Below, piece after piece: positions 51,232-61,133 of a DNA stretch of 64,000 nucleotides. Source of the stretch: a bacterium (GTDB lineage: Bacteria > UBA8248 > JACPRG01 > G963555815). The stretch is taken from positions 2,720,001-2,784,000 of the forward strand of contig OZ244653.1 of the NCBI GenBank assembly GCA_965218795.1, given 5' to 3'. The first letter of the stretch is position 1. The number at the start of each line of letters is the position of its first letter. The notes beneath the pieces are model-generated. The model worked only from the letters and a program-made list of their open reading frames with translations, was not told the origin of the DNA and ran no database searches. The translations under genes and the position numbers were made by a program.

Positions 51232-51852
51232 TCATACGGATGAAGAGACATCCCGGTGGCCGAGGTCCAGTTCGGCCGCGTCGCGTGGGGTTGCAAGCTC
51301 GAACCCGGGCCGCGACGGCTCCATGAAGGTAATCGCCTCGTAGAAGTCGTCCAGCGGCACGAATATGCCGTTCTCCTCCGCGCATTTGCGCATACGCTGG
51401 TTCGTGGAGTTCGCCCATGACAGGATCTCCACTCGCCAGCCGCGCTTGTGCATACGCTCCAGCGTACTGTGGAAGCCAGCGCCTTCGAGGTAGCCCGCGC
51501 CGTCACCGGTCAGCAACACCACAATGCCGGGGTCGCCGTTGTGATCCAGAGCGTCTTCCAGCATTCGCAGCTGCAACAGCTGATCGGGCATCTCCTGTTC
51601 GCCGCGGTCAAACAGGCGGACTTCCACTCCCTCGCTTTCCATGCGGTTCCACAGTTGACGCATTTCCGGCGGCGCCGAGCCAGCCGCAAGAGCTTTTTCC
51701 ACAGGGCGATCGGCGTGGGCCAAGCGCAGCATGTTCTCGAAGTGGATGCGCACGCGGTATCGGGCGTCCGGCCCCTCGCCTTGCTGATCGGCCAGGCGTT
51801 GCGCCTCGTGGAAGATGTTCGAGTTGTCCCAATAAATGAAGAGGCGTTCCAT
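51232..51852 (-). CDS. NYN-domain (PIN-like) protein
   Basis: FIYWDNSNI, EQEMPD, LLTGDG, GWRVEILSW. Confidence 0.8.
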   Translation of the reverse strand: MERLFIYWDNSNIFHEAQRLADQQGEGPDARYRVRIHFENMLRLAHADRPVEKALAAGSAPPEMRQLWNRMESEGVEVRLFDRGEQEMPDQLLQLRMLEDALDHNGDPGIVVLLTGDGAGYLEGAGFHSTLERMHKRGWRVEILSWANSTNQRMRKCAEENGIFVPLDDFYEAITFMEPSRPGFELATPRDAAELDLGHRDVSSSV

Positions 51853-51908
51853 CAACGTGATTCCTGACCTGAAAGACAGTTCATGATGCTATCACGGCTG
51901 CGTTTGCA

Positions 51909-51960
51909 ATGACAATTTGACTTTGTCAAGTCTATAATGACTATTTGTCAGGTCTATCAT
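51909..51960 (+). promoter_or_regulatory. AT-rich divergent promoter region with repeated TGAC..GTCA motifs
   Basis: ATGACA-18 bp-TATAAT; TGACTTTGTCA and TGACTATTTGTCA. Confidence 0.35.
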
Positions 51961-52020
51961 TACTAAAAGGACAGTGGCTCCGAAGATTCGCCTTTCGTTT
52001 CCCGAGGGAAGGAGGCTTCG

Positions 52021-52674
52021 ATGAAGGACGTGACCAATCTGGCGGAATGGGTGGATCCCTCGAAGTCGGCGCTCATCGTGATCGACGTGCAGAACGACTT
52101 TTGCCACTCGGAAGGGGCTTTCGCAAAGCTCGGAACGGACATGGAGCCGATCCGGGAAATGATGCCGCGCTTGCGCAATCTCATGGACGATGCCCGCGAA
52201 GCGGGTTGCCAGGTCGTCATCTTCCGGGTGGCCCGATCTCCTCACGACGACTGGCCCGCGAAACGACGGCTGGATGAGCTGCTGTTCGGGGCCGATGCCA
52301 TCCCCATCGTGGATGAAGGGTCCTGGGGCGCGGAGCTCTGCGAGGGCTTCGAGCCGAAAGAGGGCGACATTCTCCTGACGAAAAATCGGTACGGCGGATT
52401 CACCGCGACCAACCTCGACCTGATTCTGCGCAACCTGAACGTCGATACCATCATCATGACCGGCGTGGCCACGAACGTGTGTGTCGAGAGCACCGCGCGG
52501 GAAGGCTTCATGCTGGATTACAACGTCGTCCTGGTCGAGGACTGCTGCGCGACGACGACCAAGGAATTTCACGAAGGCACCGTGGCCAATATCCGGAGGT
52601 GCTTTGGCCGGGTGGCGAAGGCGGATGAGGTTTCCGGGGTCTGGGCTGAAAAGGGAGCAGCGGTCAAGGGGTAG
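52021..52674 (+). CDS. Isochorismatase-family cysteine hydrolase (RutB/NicF-like)
   Basis: ALIVIDVQNDF, KNRYGGF, GVATNVCVESTAR. Confidence 0.92.
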   Translation: MKDVTNLAEWVDPSKSALIVIDVQNDFCHSEGAFAKLGTDMEPIREMMPRLRNLMDDAREAGCQVVIFRVARSPHDDWPAKRRLDELLFGADAIPIVDEGSWGAELCEGFEPKEGDILLTKNRYGGFTATNLDLILRNLNVDTIIMTGVATNVCVESTAREGFMLDYNVVLVEDCCATTTKEFHEGTVANIRRCFGRVAKADEVSGVWAEKGAAVKG

Positions 52675-52799
52675 ATGAAGCCGAAGATTGAACCCCGAGC
52701 CTTCCGGGACGTGTGAAGTCTCCCGTATCGGGGCGGCCGGACACAGCGCCCTTTTCATTGAAATGGAACGGCCCTGACGGGTGGGAAATCCGGAGGCGG

Positions 52800-53516
52800 A
52801 TGATGATGAGCGGAGAGATATACCAGGATCCGAAGCTCCATCAGAAAGACGACGAGCTCTACCGGAGGCTGGCGGAGGCGGGAGACAAGCGGGAGCTTCT
52901 CCGGGAGTTCGCCGTCCCGAAAGAGAGCGGCAAGGCGTTTGTCGTCGAGAAAGGGCAGATCTTGCGGATCACGGAGATTGAAGGGCCCCAGGTTGCGGAT
53001 TTCAACGCCTTTTCGAAGGACAACCCCCGGGAGATGTTCTGGTCCGGGAGAACGAGAATCTTCCTGGGCGCCCATCTGACGGTCGGAGACCAGCTGTGGA
53101 GTACGCCGCCGAACATGCGGCCGATGTTCACCATCATCGCGGATACGGTCGATCACCAGCCCCTGCCGCACGGAGCCGCGTCGCACGATCTGGTGTTCTC
53201 CAGGTGCAACGAGCGTTATTTTGAAATGTTGACGGGCGAGACGGGCCGGCCGAACTGCCAGGACAACCTGGCCCGGGCCATCGCAGCGTTCGATCTGACC
53301 CCGGACTACGTCCATGACGCCTTCAACATCTTCATGACCACCGGCATCGACGATCAGGACCGCCTTTTCTTCCTCGAGCCGGACGCGAAGAAAGGGGATT
53401 ACATCGAGCTGTACGCGGAGATCGAAACCATCGTCGCGATATCTTCGTGTCCCGGGGGTTGCAGCGGCCCTCAGAACAAGCCGATCGGGATTGAACTCTA
53501 TCGCCCTTCAGACTGA
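52800..53516 (+). CDS. Urea carboxylase-associated DUF1989 protein
   Basis: EGPQVADF, SHDLVFSRC, NCQDNL, FNIFM, SSCPGG. Confidence 0.85.
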   Translation: MMMSGEIYQDPKLHQKDDELYRRLAEAGDKRELLREFAVPKESGKAFVVEKGQILRITEIEGPQVADFNAFSKDNPREMFWSGRTRIFLGAHLTVGDQLWSTPPNMRPMFTIIADTVDHQPLPHGAASHDLVFSRCNERYFEMLTGETGRPNCQDNLARAIAAFDLTPDYVHDAFNIFMTTGIDDQDRLFFLEPDAKKGDYIELYAEIETIVAISSCPGGCSGPQNKPIGIELYRPSD

Positions 53517-53745
53517 AGCGGGGATGCCCAAACGTGGTTGGGCCGGAGCCTTTCCGCATGATCCGGATGCCCGGACTTTTCCCCGACGAGTCATCCTGAG
53601 CGCACCCAGAGTGCCCGAGGGAAAGTCCCACTTACCGTACTCGGAAAGGAAAAATCTCTTACTTTACAAGGCATTATCTGACTGGTTCCCTAGCCGCTCC
53701 GTCTCCCTACCAAACCTTGAACCGTTGCGCTTTCAGGACACGATC

Positions 53746-54213
53746 TTAGCTCAGGTTGTCTTTGATCGACAAACGTTCCATCAGGCAGGCCTTTGCCAGA
53801 AGACCGGATCCGTGGCGCTCCGATCCCGCGTCGTTTCTCACTGAAAATATGATCAATTGGAGACGGTCCAGCAGCCATTGGGTTTTCCAGCGCCGTCTCT
53901 CACCAGCATAAAGCATAAAGTGACGTAAGGTTTTTTCTGTATTCGCGTTCATCCCCACCCGAATCGATGAACCACACCCTCCTCTTAGTGTCCGGAACTA
54001 TCACAATCCAATGCGGTTCAGATTTTTTCAAACCGACGATTCCACAACGAACATTCCTATCCGGAGAACTGAGGGCCATCTCCGAGGAGCCAGCGCGTCA
54101 CAGGCGGCTTGAAAAAGTTCGGCGCAAATATCTCCGTATCCGCATATTTCATAGGCGTTCGCGATTGCATACATGCCGCAAAGGCCGTCGAACTCTCCTT
54201 GATAGTAGGGCAT
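53746..54213 (-). pseudogene. Disrupted putative papain/C39-like protein
   Basis: QGEFDGLCGMYA, then frameshift, then EPHWIVIV..VWFIDS (Q/C/H/D pattern); lower GC. Confidence 0.4.
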
Positions 54214-54302
54214 CTATTCTTTACCCTTTATTTGTCAATGTCTGGCATCACACCTGAGAGCAGCGAAGGATCTGACCGAGGTGTCCGGCCGCAAACGTGA
54301 TT

Positions 54303-54447
54303 TGTATGACCAGGCTTCATTCCTCACGGGTTGGATAAACTTCTTGACCGTGTCGATCGGTCGCCTCCCCATGTTGCGACCGCCCCGGGCGAGAACGCTC
54401 GTTGCTGTAGAACTTGACGAGGCGTCTTCAGGTACGCGCTCAGGTCC
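54303..54447 (-). mobile_element. IS481-like 3' remnant, copy 2
   Basis: ..GGRNMGRRPIDTVKKFIQPVRNEA; ends in ..TCATACA on the minus strand. Confidence 0.6.
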
Positions 54448-54473
54448 TTCTCTCGCAGCCCGTCCTATGTTGC

Positions 54474-54555
54474 CTGGATTCCTGCTTGCGCAGGAATGAC
54501 CGGGTTGGAGGTCACGTAGTCCATGTTCGTCATTCCTGCGCAAGCAGGAATCCAG
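54474..54555. repeat. Inverted pair of ATTCCNGCNNNNGCNGGAAT palindromes (dRS3/RPE-like)
   Basis: CTGGATTCCTGCTTGCGCAGGAATGAC and its exact reverse complement at 54529-54555. Confidence 0.85.
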
Positions 54556-54832
54556 GGAGGGGGTCAGCGGGCAGGTTGCCACAGGAAGCCGGGGGCAGGC
54601 TCCGATACGTTGCCCAGTTCGCGCGCCAACGCCAGAACGCTCAGTCGATGCTCGGCCGGCCGGCTCGCCGCCGCGCGCTTCCTATCACCACTCACCTTTG
54701 ACAGCCCCTTATCAGTATGAAATGGCACGGAAAGAAGGTTACGCGGCTGTTTTGCGCATATCCGCGATGTCTCAGGCCGGTTTCTTCAATACGGGATGCA
54801 GGGCTTGGCGGAGGTGTTCGCCCTGCCCGAGC

Positions 54833-56065
54833 CTATCGGGATGACTCAATCAGCAACGCCTCGCAATACGGTGCGCGGCTCATGTATTCGGGCCCGTCCT
54901 CCCGCACCCAGATCATGTCCTCGATGCGGACCCCGCCCCCGCCCCGGACGTCCGGCACCCAGATCAGCGGCTCGATGGCAAAGACCATGTTCGGCTCGAA
55001 CTCGACTTCCATCGCGCCGGTGGCCGCCTCGCCGACGTACGGCGGCTCGTTCGGACTGATTCCGCACCCGTGGCCGATATACAGGTTGATGAAGTTCTTC
55101 TCCAGGCCGTGCTCCGCTGCCTTGCCGATGAACGCCTCGGTCGCCTGAACGTTCGTGTGGCCCGGCTTCATCAGGGCCACCCCGGCGTGAAGGCATTCGT
55201 AGACGGCGGTGTAGATCTCCTGCTGTCGCCGTGAGGGCTTGCCGCAGATGACGGTCCTCCCCAGGTCTCCGAAGTATCCGCCCCACATCGCCCCGATGTC
55301 GATGAACACAATGTCGCCGTGACGGATGATCTTGTCCGTGGCGAAGCGGGTCGGGGGGGACATCCGCTCGCCGGAGGCCACGAACGGGCTGGCGACGTGG
55401 GCGAATTCCCCGCCGTACCGGAACAGCGTCCGCATGGCCTCTGCCGCGACCTCGCACTCCCTCACCCCGGCCCGGACGTGGTCGATGGCCGTCTGCGTGA
55501 CCGCATCCGCAATGGCCGTGGCCTCCTGAAGGGCCTTGATCTCGTCGGGCAGCTTCTGGACCCGGGACATGTACATGAAGTGCTCGCCGTCCACCCACTC
55601 CACGCCGGAAAGCTCCTGCTCGAAGATCCGGCGCATCGTGAACGTGGCCGCGTCGATGCCGACCTTGCCCTTGTCCACGCCGTATTCCTCCAGATAGGGA
55701 AGGATCTGGTTTCGCGTCACGTTCTCCACCAAACCGGGCTCGGTCATGTGCGGGATGGCCTCGGCGTGGGCGATCCAGGGCATGGACTCCCTGACCCGGG
55801 CGATCTCGCCGCCCGACGTCAACAGGACCGGGTCCGCCTCTTGTGAAAGAAGAACGCCGTAATGCGTGACCGAGCGGTACTGAAGCATGATCGCCCGCTG
55901 GCTGGTCAGGTATCGGACGTTCTCGTCCTGCCAGAGGAGAAGGGCGTCGATCCCTTCTTCTTTCAGGTGACGCTGGGTCTTTTCGACGCGTTCCCGCCGG
56001 AGGCGGTCCCAATCGATCCGGGCTTCGTAATCGACGTTGAAGTGTCCGCGGGCGAATGTCTCCAT
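54833..56065 (-). CDS. M24 family peptidase (Xaa-Pro/creatinase-like)
   Basis: DIG..GYFGDLGRT, GHGCG, AIEP, RIED. Confidence 0.9.
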   Translation of the reverse strand: METFARGHFNVDYEARIDWDRLRRERVEKTQRHLKEEGIDALLLWQDENVRYLTSQRAIMLQYRSVTHYGVLLSQEADPVLLTSGGEIARVRESMPWIAHAEAIPHMTEPGLVENVTRNQILPYLEEYGVDKGKVGIDAATFTMRRIFEQELSGVEWVDGEHFMYMSRVQKLPDEIKALQEATAIADAVTQTAIDHVRAGVRECEVAAEAMRTLFRYGGEFAHVASPFVASGERMSPPTRFATDKIIRHGDIVFIDIGAMWGGYFGDLGRTVICGKPSRRQQEIYTAVYECLHAGVALMKPGHTNVQATEAFIGKAAEHGLEKNFINLYIGHGCGISPNEPPYVGEAATGAMEVEFEPNMVFAIEPLIWVPDVRGGGGVRIEDMIWVREDGPEYMSRAPYCEALLIESSR

Positions 56066-56114
56066 GAGAATTCTCCAAGAGGTGAGGCGGGGATGTTCCC
56101 GATCGTTCCGGGCG

Positions 56115-57089
56115 TTATGCGGAGAGGCGCTTCCTGAGGCGGTCGATAAAGAGGTCTTGCGATTGATGAATTCGAACCGGCGATCGGAGGCGGGCCAGAC
56201 GGCGCTTCAGCGTGGAGGTCGAAGACGAGGGCCCTCTCTCCTGCAGGATACCCTCCATCCGCCCGGCCTGCTTCAGTTCCGCCCGGATCTGGGGGTCCGT
56301 CCAAAGCGCCCGCAGGAAGGGCAATGCGCCCTCCGTATGTTCCCAAAGGTCTCCGCACCGATCGGCATAGGCGGCGCTGCCGTTGGCTCCTTCGCTGCCC
56401 GAAGCGGTTTCGTCCTGTCCGGCCTCTTCCGCCCTGTCCTCACCCGCGCGGTCCGTCCCGCCTTCCGCGGGTTCGCCCAACAGCGCCGTCACCTCACCCG
56501 GGGTCAGGAAAAAGGCGCGGCGCATTGTGGAGACCGCGCTCCCCACGTCTCCGCTGGCGAAGAACGCCAGGCCATAATTCATCAGCCCGTCTTCGTACCA
56601 GGGAATTTTTTCATACTCCTCGATCGCTTCCTTGAAGCGGCCGAGACGCAGTTCGCATTCGCCCATGAGATGACGAATGAATTCGGAAGGCTCATAACCC
56701 TCCGCGACGGCCTGGTGGAACTCCGTTCTGGCGATCTCCCACGAACCGGATTGCCAGGAGGCGATTCCTCTGAGGGCGTGGGCTCCCATCACCACCTCGC
56801 GGATGCCCTGAATGCCCTTCCGTCCCGGGGCCTCCGCGGCCTGGAGCGCGCGATCGTACCACTTGGCGGCAGCCGAGAGGTTGCCCAGCCTCTGCTGAAC
56901 CCGTCCTTTTTCGAAGTAGGCTTCCGGACAGTGGGGATCGGTTTCGGCCGCCTTCGTGAACTGAATCCACGCTTTTCTTCGAGCCCCGACGGCCCAGAAG
57001 TCGACGCCCCGCTTGACGTACTCCAAAGCCCGGCGTCTTTTGTCCGCGGGCGCCTTGGATTGCGCGGCTGCCGTTCGTGCCGAAGACAT
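56115..57089 (-). CDS. Tetratricopeptide repeat protein
   Basis: EAYFEKG..LGNLSAAAKWYDRAL, LGRFKEAIEEYEK repeats; start uncertain. Confidence 0.7.
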   Translation of the reverse strand: MSSARTAAAQSKAPADKRRRALEYVKRGVDFWAVGARRKAWIQFTKAAETDPHCPEAYFEKGRVQQRLGNLSAAAKWYDRALQAAEAPGRKGIQGIREVVMGAHALRGIASWQSGSWEIARTEFHQAVAEGYEPSEFIRHLMGECELRLGRFKEAIEEYEKIPWYEDGLMNYGLAFFASGDVGSAVSTMRRAFFLTPGEVTALLGEPAEGGTDRAGEDRAEEAGQDETASGSEGANGSAAYADRCGDLWEHTEGALPFLRALWTDPQIRAELKQAGRMEGILQERGPSSSTSTLKRRLARLRSPVRIHQSQDLFIDRLRKRLSA

Positions 57090-57295
57090 GATGACGGGCT
57101 CGACGCGAGGAGTTCAGAGCACACGATGAGGACCCTTCCGGAACCCAGGCCGGCGGCGTTCCAAACGAGCCCTTCATGGCGCATCAACTTACAGGATGGC
57201 ATGATTATAACACGGAGGGGAGAGGGGTGCCCATGCCTGCGATCGGGTCCGGGAAAAATTCCGGACCCGGCTCTGAACGGCTGAATCTGGAGGTT

Positions 57296-58285
57296 CTAGC
57301 CCCGAAACTTCGGGATGACCTCATTGGCAAACCGGCGGAAAGAGGCGAAATCCCAGTGAGGGACCATCCCGAAAAAAATGTGTGAGACGCCTGCTTCGTG
57401 ATACTGGCGAACCCGCTCAGAGACGGCATCCGCATCGCCGGCGATCAAGCTCCGGCGAAGATCGTCGGCCGACCCGTTGATTCTCTTCGCGGTGCTCTCG
57501 ACCACCCGGTTCGCTTCCTTCGGATCGTCACTTACGTGAATCATGGCCAGGACGGATTTTTCGATCTCGTCGGGGTCGCGTCCCTCCGCCTCGCAGTGCC
57601 CGCGCAGCACTTCGATCTTCTGTCGGAATACGTCGGGCGTGCCGAAGGTGTTCCAAAGGTTCGCATGACGGGCAACCGTTCGAAGCGTACGCTTCTCTCC
57701 GCCCCCGCCCACCATGATCGGCGGATGCGGCTTCTGGACGTTGGCGGGATTGCAGAGCGCATCGCGCAGTTGATAATACGTCCCCTCGTAACTCACCTTG
57801 CCCTCCTGACCCTTTGTCCAGAACAGTCGGATGAGCTGGAGGGCCTCCTCCAGCCGCTCCAGGCGTTCCTTCACGGGAGGGAAGGAGATGCCCAGGGCAG
57901 CGTGTTCCAATTCGAACCAGGCCCCGCCCAGCCCGAATTCCAGTCGCCCTCCGCTGATAATGTCCACCGTCGTCGCCATCTTGGCCAAAACCGAAGGGTG
58001 ACGATACGTGTTGCCCGACACAAGGATGCCCAGCCGGACGCGCTTCGTCATGGCGGCGATGGCGGAAAGGGCCGTCCAGCCCTCCAGACAGGGGCCCTCC
58101 GGACTGCCGACGATTGGAAAGAGGTGATCGTACACCCAGACCGCATCGTATCCGATTTCTTCCGCTTCCAGGGCGGTGTCCAATATTTGCTGATAGGTAA
58201 CGTCCTGCTGAGGGATCTGGACGCTGAAGCGGGGGGCTCGGCTCGCCGGCCAACCGGGTGTCGGTTCCGGTGCGGGGACGTTCAT
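57296..58285 (-). CDS. LLM-class, probably F420-dependent oxidoreductase
   Basis: GYDAVWVYDH, EGWTAL, NTYRHPSVLAKMATTVDIISGGRL, GGGGEKRTL. Confidence 0.9.
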   Translation of the reverse strand: MNVPAPEPTPGWPASRAPRFSVQIPQQDVTYQQILDTALEAEEIGYDAVWVYDHLFPIVGSPEGPCLEGWTALSAIAAMTKRVRLGILVSGNTYRHPSVLAKMATTVDIISGGRLEFGLGGAWFELEHAALGISFPPVKERLERLEEALQLIRLFWTKGQEGKVSYEGTYYQLRDALCNPANVQKPHPPIMVGGGGEKRTLRTVARHANLWNTFGTPDVFRQKIEVLRGHCEAEGRDPDEIEKSVLAMIHVSDDPKEANRVVESTAKRINGSADDLRRSLIAGDADAVSERVRQYHEAGVSHIFFGMVPHWDFASFRRFANEVIPKFRG

Positions 58286-58361
58286 CTCATGACTCCTTAC
58301 GAGGGTCGTTTTGTTTCCCGCCGCTCCCGTCTTCTTCGCAAATGTGAAGCAGGGAGGGAGA

Positions 58362-59072
58362 TCAGATCAGATTGATGCGCCTGAAGTAATTGATGAAGAT
58401 TTGCCGGGCCTTCTCATGAAGAGGGCCGATTCGCTCCCGGCATCCAGCCTCGATCGGGGGGTCGTCAATCGAGTCGTTCGTGGTTTCCACGTCGCCGGGA
58501 TAGGCGGCGCACCATTCCCGGATCATGGGCTCGGTCACCTCGACGTGAAACTGAAAGGCGTAGGCGTTCCGGTTCAGGCAATAAGCCTGATGGCCATACA
58601 TCTCCGAGCCGGCGAGAAGAACGGCCCCCTCCGGCAGGTCGAAGGTGTCGCCGTGCCAATGGAAGACGGGGAATTCCTCTTCCATCCCGGCAAAAACGGG
58701 GTCTGCCCGCGACTCGGGCGTCAACCGGATCGGCCGCCAGCCGATCTCCTTGGCGTGCCCGGTCTTCACCTCGGAGCCCGCCGCCTTGGCCAGGAGCTGG
58801 GAGCCCAGGCAGATGCCCAGGATGGGCACTTTCTCCTCCAGGCAGTTTCGAATCAGGATGTCTTCATCCAGAAGCCAGGGATAGGCGGTGTGCTCATAGA
58901 CATTCATCGGACCGCCCATGAGGATGAGGCAATCGATTCCGGAATGCGTCTGGGGGATGGGATCTCCCAGATATGGGTGAAGGTAGCGATACTTCAGCCC
59001 GTATTCCTTCAGTATGTCCTCGAGCAGGCCCATCGGTTCGCAGCCCACGTGCTGGATGGTCAGGATGCTCAT
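58362..59072 (-). CDS. Type 1 glutamine amidotransferase
   Basis: MGGPM, GICLGSQ, FHWHGD, QFHVE. Confidence 0.92.
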   Translation of the reverse strand: MSILTIQHVGCEPMGLLEDILKEYGLKYRYLHPYLGDPIPQTHSGIDCLILMGGPMNVYEHTAYPWLLDEDILIRNCLEEKVPILGICLGSQLLAKAAGSEVKTGHAKEIGWRPIRLTPESRADPVFAGMEEEFPVFHWHGDTFDLPEGAVLLAGSEMYGHQAYCLNRNAYAFQFHVEVTEPMIREWCAAYPGDVETTNDSIDDPPIEAGCRERIGPLHEKARQIFINYFRRINLI

Positions 59073-59423
59073 GGTCGAATCTCCGTTTTTCGCCTTGGGC
59101 CGAAGGGAATCGAGTCGGTGCCCGGCTTGTATCCCAGACCGGTTGGCTTGACTGATCGCCTTGGCCGGATGTTAGCAAAAGGGGTATTTTCCTTCAACCG
59201 GAGCCGCAGGAGGGCAGGCGGGTCGGACGGGAAAAAAGGCCGGAACCGGCTTGACCTGCACCCCTATGGACTCCGAACGTGGTCCTTTACATTTGACGAA
59301 CGCCTGAAAGAAGATGCACCCTTCAGGTTCTGCCGAGTGGTTTCTCGGGCCGGGGCTGTTCCCTGGTCCGTGATTTGGGATAAAGTGCGCATGGGTGACA
59401 AAGAGAATTCGAAGGAGGAGGAG

Positions 59424-60077
59424 ATGAAGCCGAGAGGCGAATTCGGCAGAAATCCGCCGAGCAAGTTCTATTCGTTCCTGTTCTTGAACTGGTGGAAGCT
59501 CATCAGGATCAAGTTCAACAAGAAGGTCTCCGCCGTCTATGACAATTTCCCGAAAGTGTCGGAGTTGGGCTCCATGATCCCGACGGTGGAGCTTGAAACC
59601 ACGGACGGACGCCGAATCAACACGGCCGACTTCATTGGGAAGAAGCTCCAGATATTCGAGTTCGGCGCTATCACGTGACCGCCCTATCGGCGGCAGGTGC
59701 CGCACATGGAAAAACTGGCGGAAAAATATGGGGACGACCTCGAGATCTTCAACATTTACGTCCGGGAGCCGCATGCCAATGAGGGGATTTTCGGAAAGTA
59801 TGACGCGCACGGCTCTTATGAACAGAAGATGGGTTACGCCAAAGAGCTGGTTCAGCAGAAGGCCATCAAGAACGTGACTGTCCTCGTCGACGGAATGGAG
59901 CAGAAGACCCACGAAACCTTCGGCTGGCTGCCGAACATGGTGTACGTCGCGGACCGGGAGGGGACCATCGTCTACAAGGCGTCCTGGACGAAACCCGAGG
60001 TCCTGGAGGGTGTGATTCAGGAGGTTCTGGCCGAGGAGGAGGAAGAAGAAAAGGACAAGGAAGCCGTCCCCGCGTGA
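59424..60077 (+). CDS. Iodothyronine deiodinase-like (thioredoxin fold) protein, probable selenoprotein
   Basis: RBS GGAGGAG plus ATG at 59424; FEFGAIT-TGA(59676)-PPY continues in frame to IYVREPH, VLVDGM, FGWLPN. Confidence 0.85.
59690..59703 (+). promoter_or_regulatory. Candidate bacterial SECIS hairpin
   Basis: GCGGC-AGGU-GCCGC, starting 11 nt after the UGA. Confidence 0.55.
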
Positions 60078-60124
60078 GGTGAGCGGCTCCGTCTCTCGGG
60101 TCCACCATGACAAGGCGATCGGAG

Positions 60125-60439
60125 TCATTCGACCGCCTTTTTCAATTTCGCCAGGACGCGCCGGAACCGGGGGAGCACGACGACGCGGGCAATGGCCTTC
60201 CGGACTTCTTCCAGGTCCAGCGCGGCGCCTGCCCGAAGGCGCACATCCGCCCGGTCAGCGGCGAGTTGAACGTCTGCCGATTCGACTTCCGGGAGCCCTT
60301 CCAGGGCTCGCTTCACCCGATCTGCTCAGAGACCACAGAGCATTCCCGAGACCTGAACCGTCTCTCCGTCCGGAGTGGGGGCGGGCTCGCCCGGATCCGC
60401 CGCCGGCTCTACAAAAAAGTTTTTGAGCTTGAGTTCCAT
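60125..60439 (-). CDS. Heavy-metal-associated (CopZ/MerP-like) protein, probable selenoprotein (CGLU)
   Basis: VQVSGMLCGL-TGA(60326-60328)-ADRVKRALEGLPEVESADV matches GMxCxxC..V..AL; start codon uncertain. Confidence 0.78.
60293..60309 (-). promoter_or_regulatory. Candidate bacterial SECIS hairpin
   Basis: GAGCCCU-GGA-AGGGCUC, starting 16 nt after the UGA. Confidence 0.5.
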
Positions 60440-60444
60440 AACCC

Positions 60445-60572
60445 GTATGACCAGGCTTCTTTCCTCGCAGATTGGATAAACGTCCTGACCGTGTCGATGG
60501 GTTGACTGCCCATGCCGCGCCAGCCCTGATGAGGGCGCTCGTTGCTGTAGAATTTCAGGTACACGTCAAGGT
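60445..60572 (-). mobile_element. IS481-like 3' remnant, copy 3
   Basis: NLDVYLKFYSNERPHQGWRGMGSQPIDTVRTFIQSARKEA. Confidence 0.65.
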
Positions 60573-60600
60573 TCTTCCCTCGCAGCCCGCCCTGTGTTGC

Positions 60601-60853
60601 CTGGATTCCTGCCTGCGAAGGAATGACAGACAGAGAACCCGCGGAATGGATTCCTGCTGCATGTCCCTGCATGTCTTCGTCGCGCGGGGTCTGCCCTGCG
60701 TGTATTCGGCAGGGGGGCAGGTCTTCGAGGCCCTCCGCCCCGTGGGTCTGAAAACGGCGCTTGTACTCCTTGTCATTCCCGCGGAGGCGGGAATCCAGCG
60801 TTGCCCGGGCCATTCGTTCTTCACGCCCCTGAGCCGGTCGCGGCAGGAATGAC
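60601..60853. repeat. Cluster of dRS3/RPE-like palindromes
   Basis: CTGGATTCCTGCCTGCGAAGGAATGAC (60601), GTCATTCCCGCGGAGGCGGGAATCCAG (60772), partial copies. Confidence 0.8.
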
Positions 60854-61133
60854 AGCGGAAGACCCTGGTCGCAATCTTCGTCTCCGCTCCACAATGATTC
60901 AATATCCAGCTTAGTGCCGGACGGTGAGTTTGCCAAATACGGATGGGAGAGACCGGGCCATCGCGAAAGGGACGATCTATCGGGACCCGCAGGCGGATGG
61001 AGGCTTTGCCCGGACGGTTGAACCTTCAAGGGCGCCCGGTTATCCTGAGAGCGGGAATGAGAAGTCTATGATTCTCGCCGGCAAGAATCTCGCTGAACGC
61101 CGGCCGTGAAACACTTGAGGAGGAGAGGTCAAT

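Noticed and set aside
58311-59390. 455-aa ORF as one protein
   Set aside because: Mostly antisense to the GATase gene; only the part from about 59424 belongs to the deiodinase-like gene
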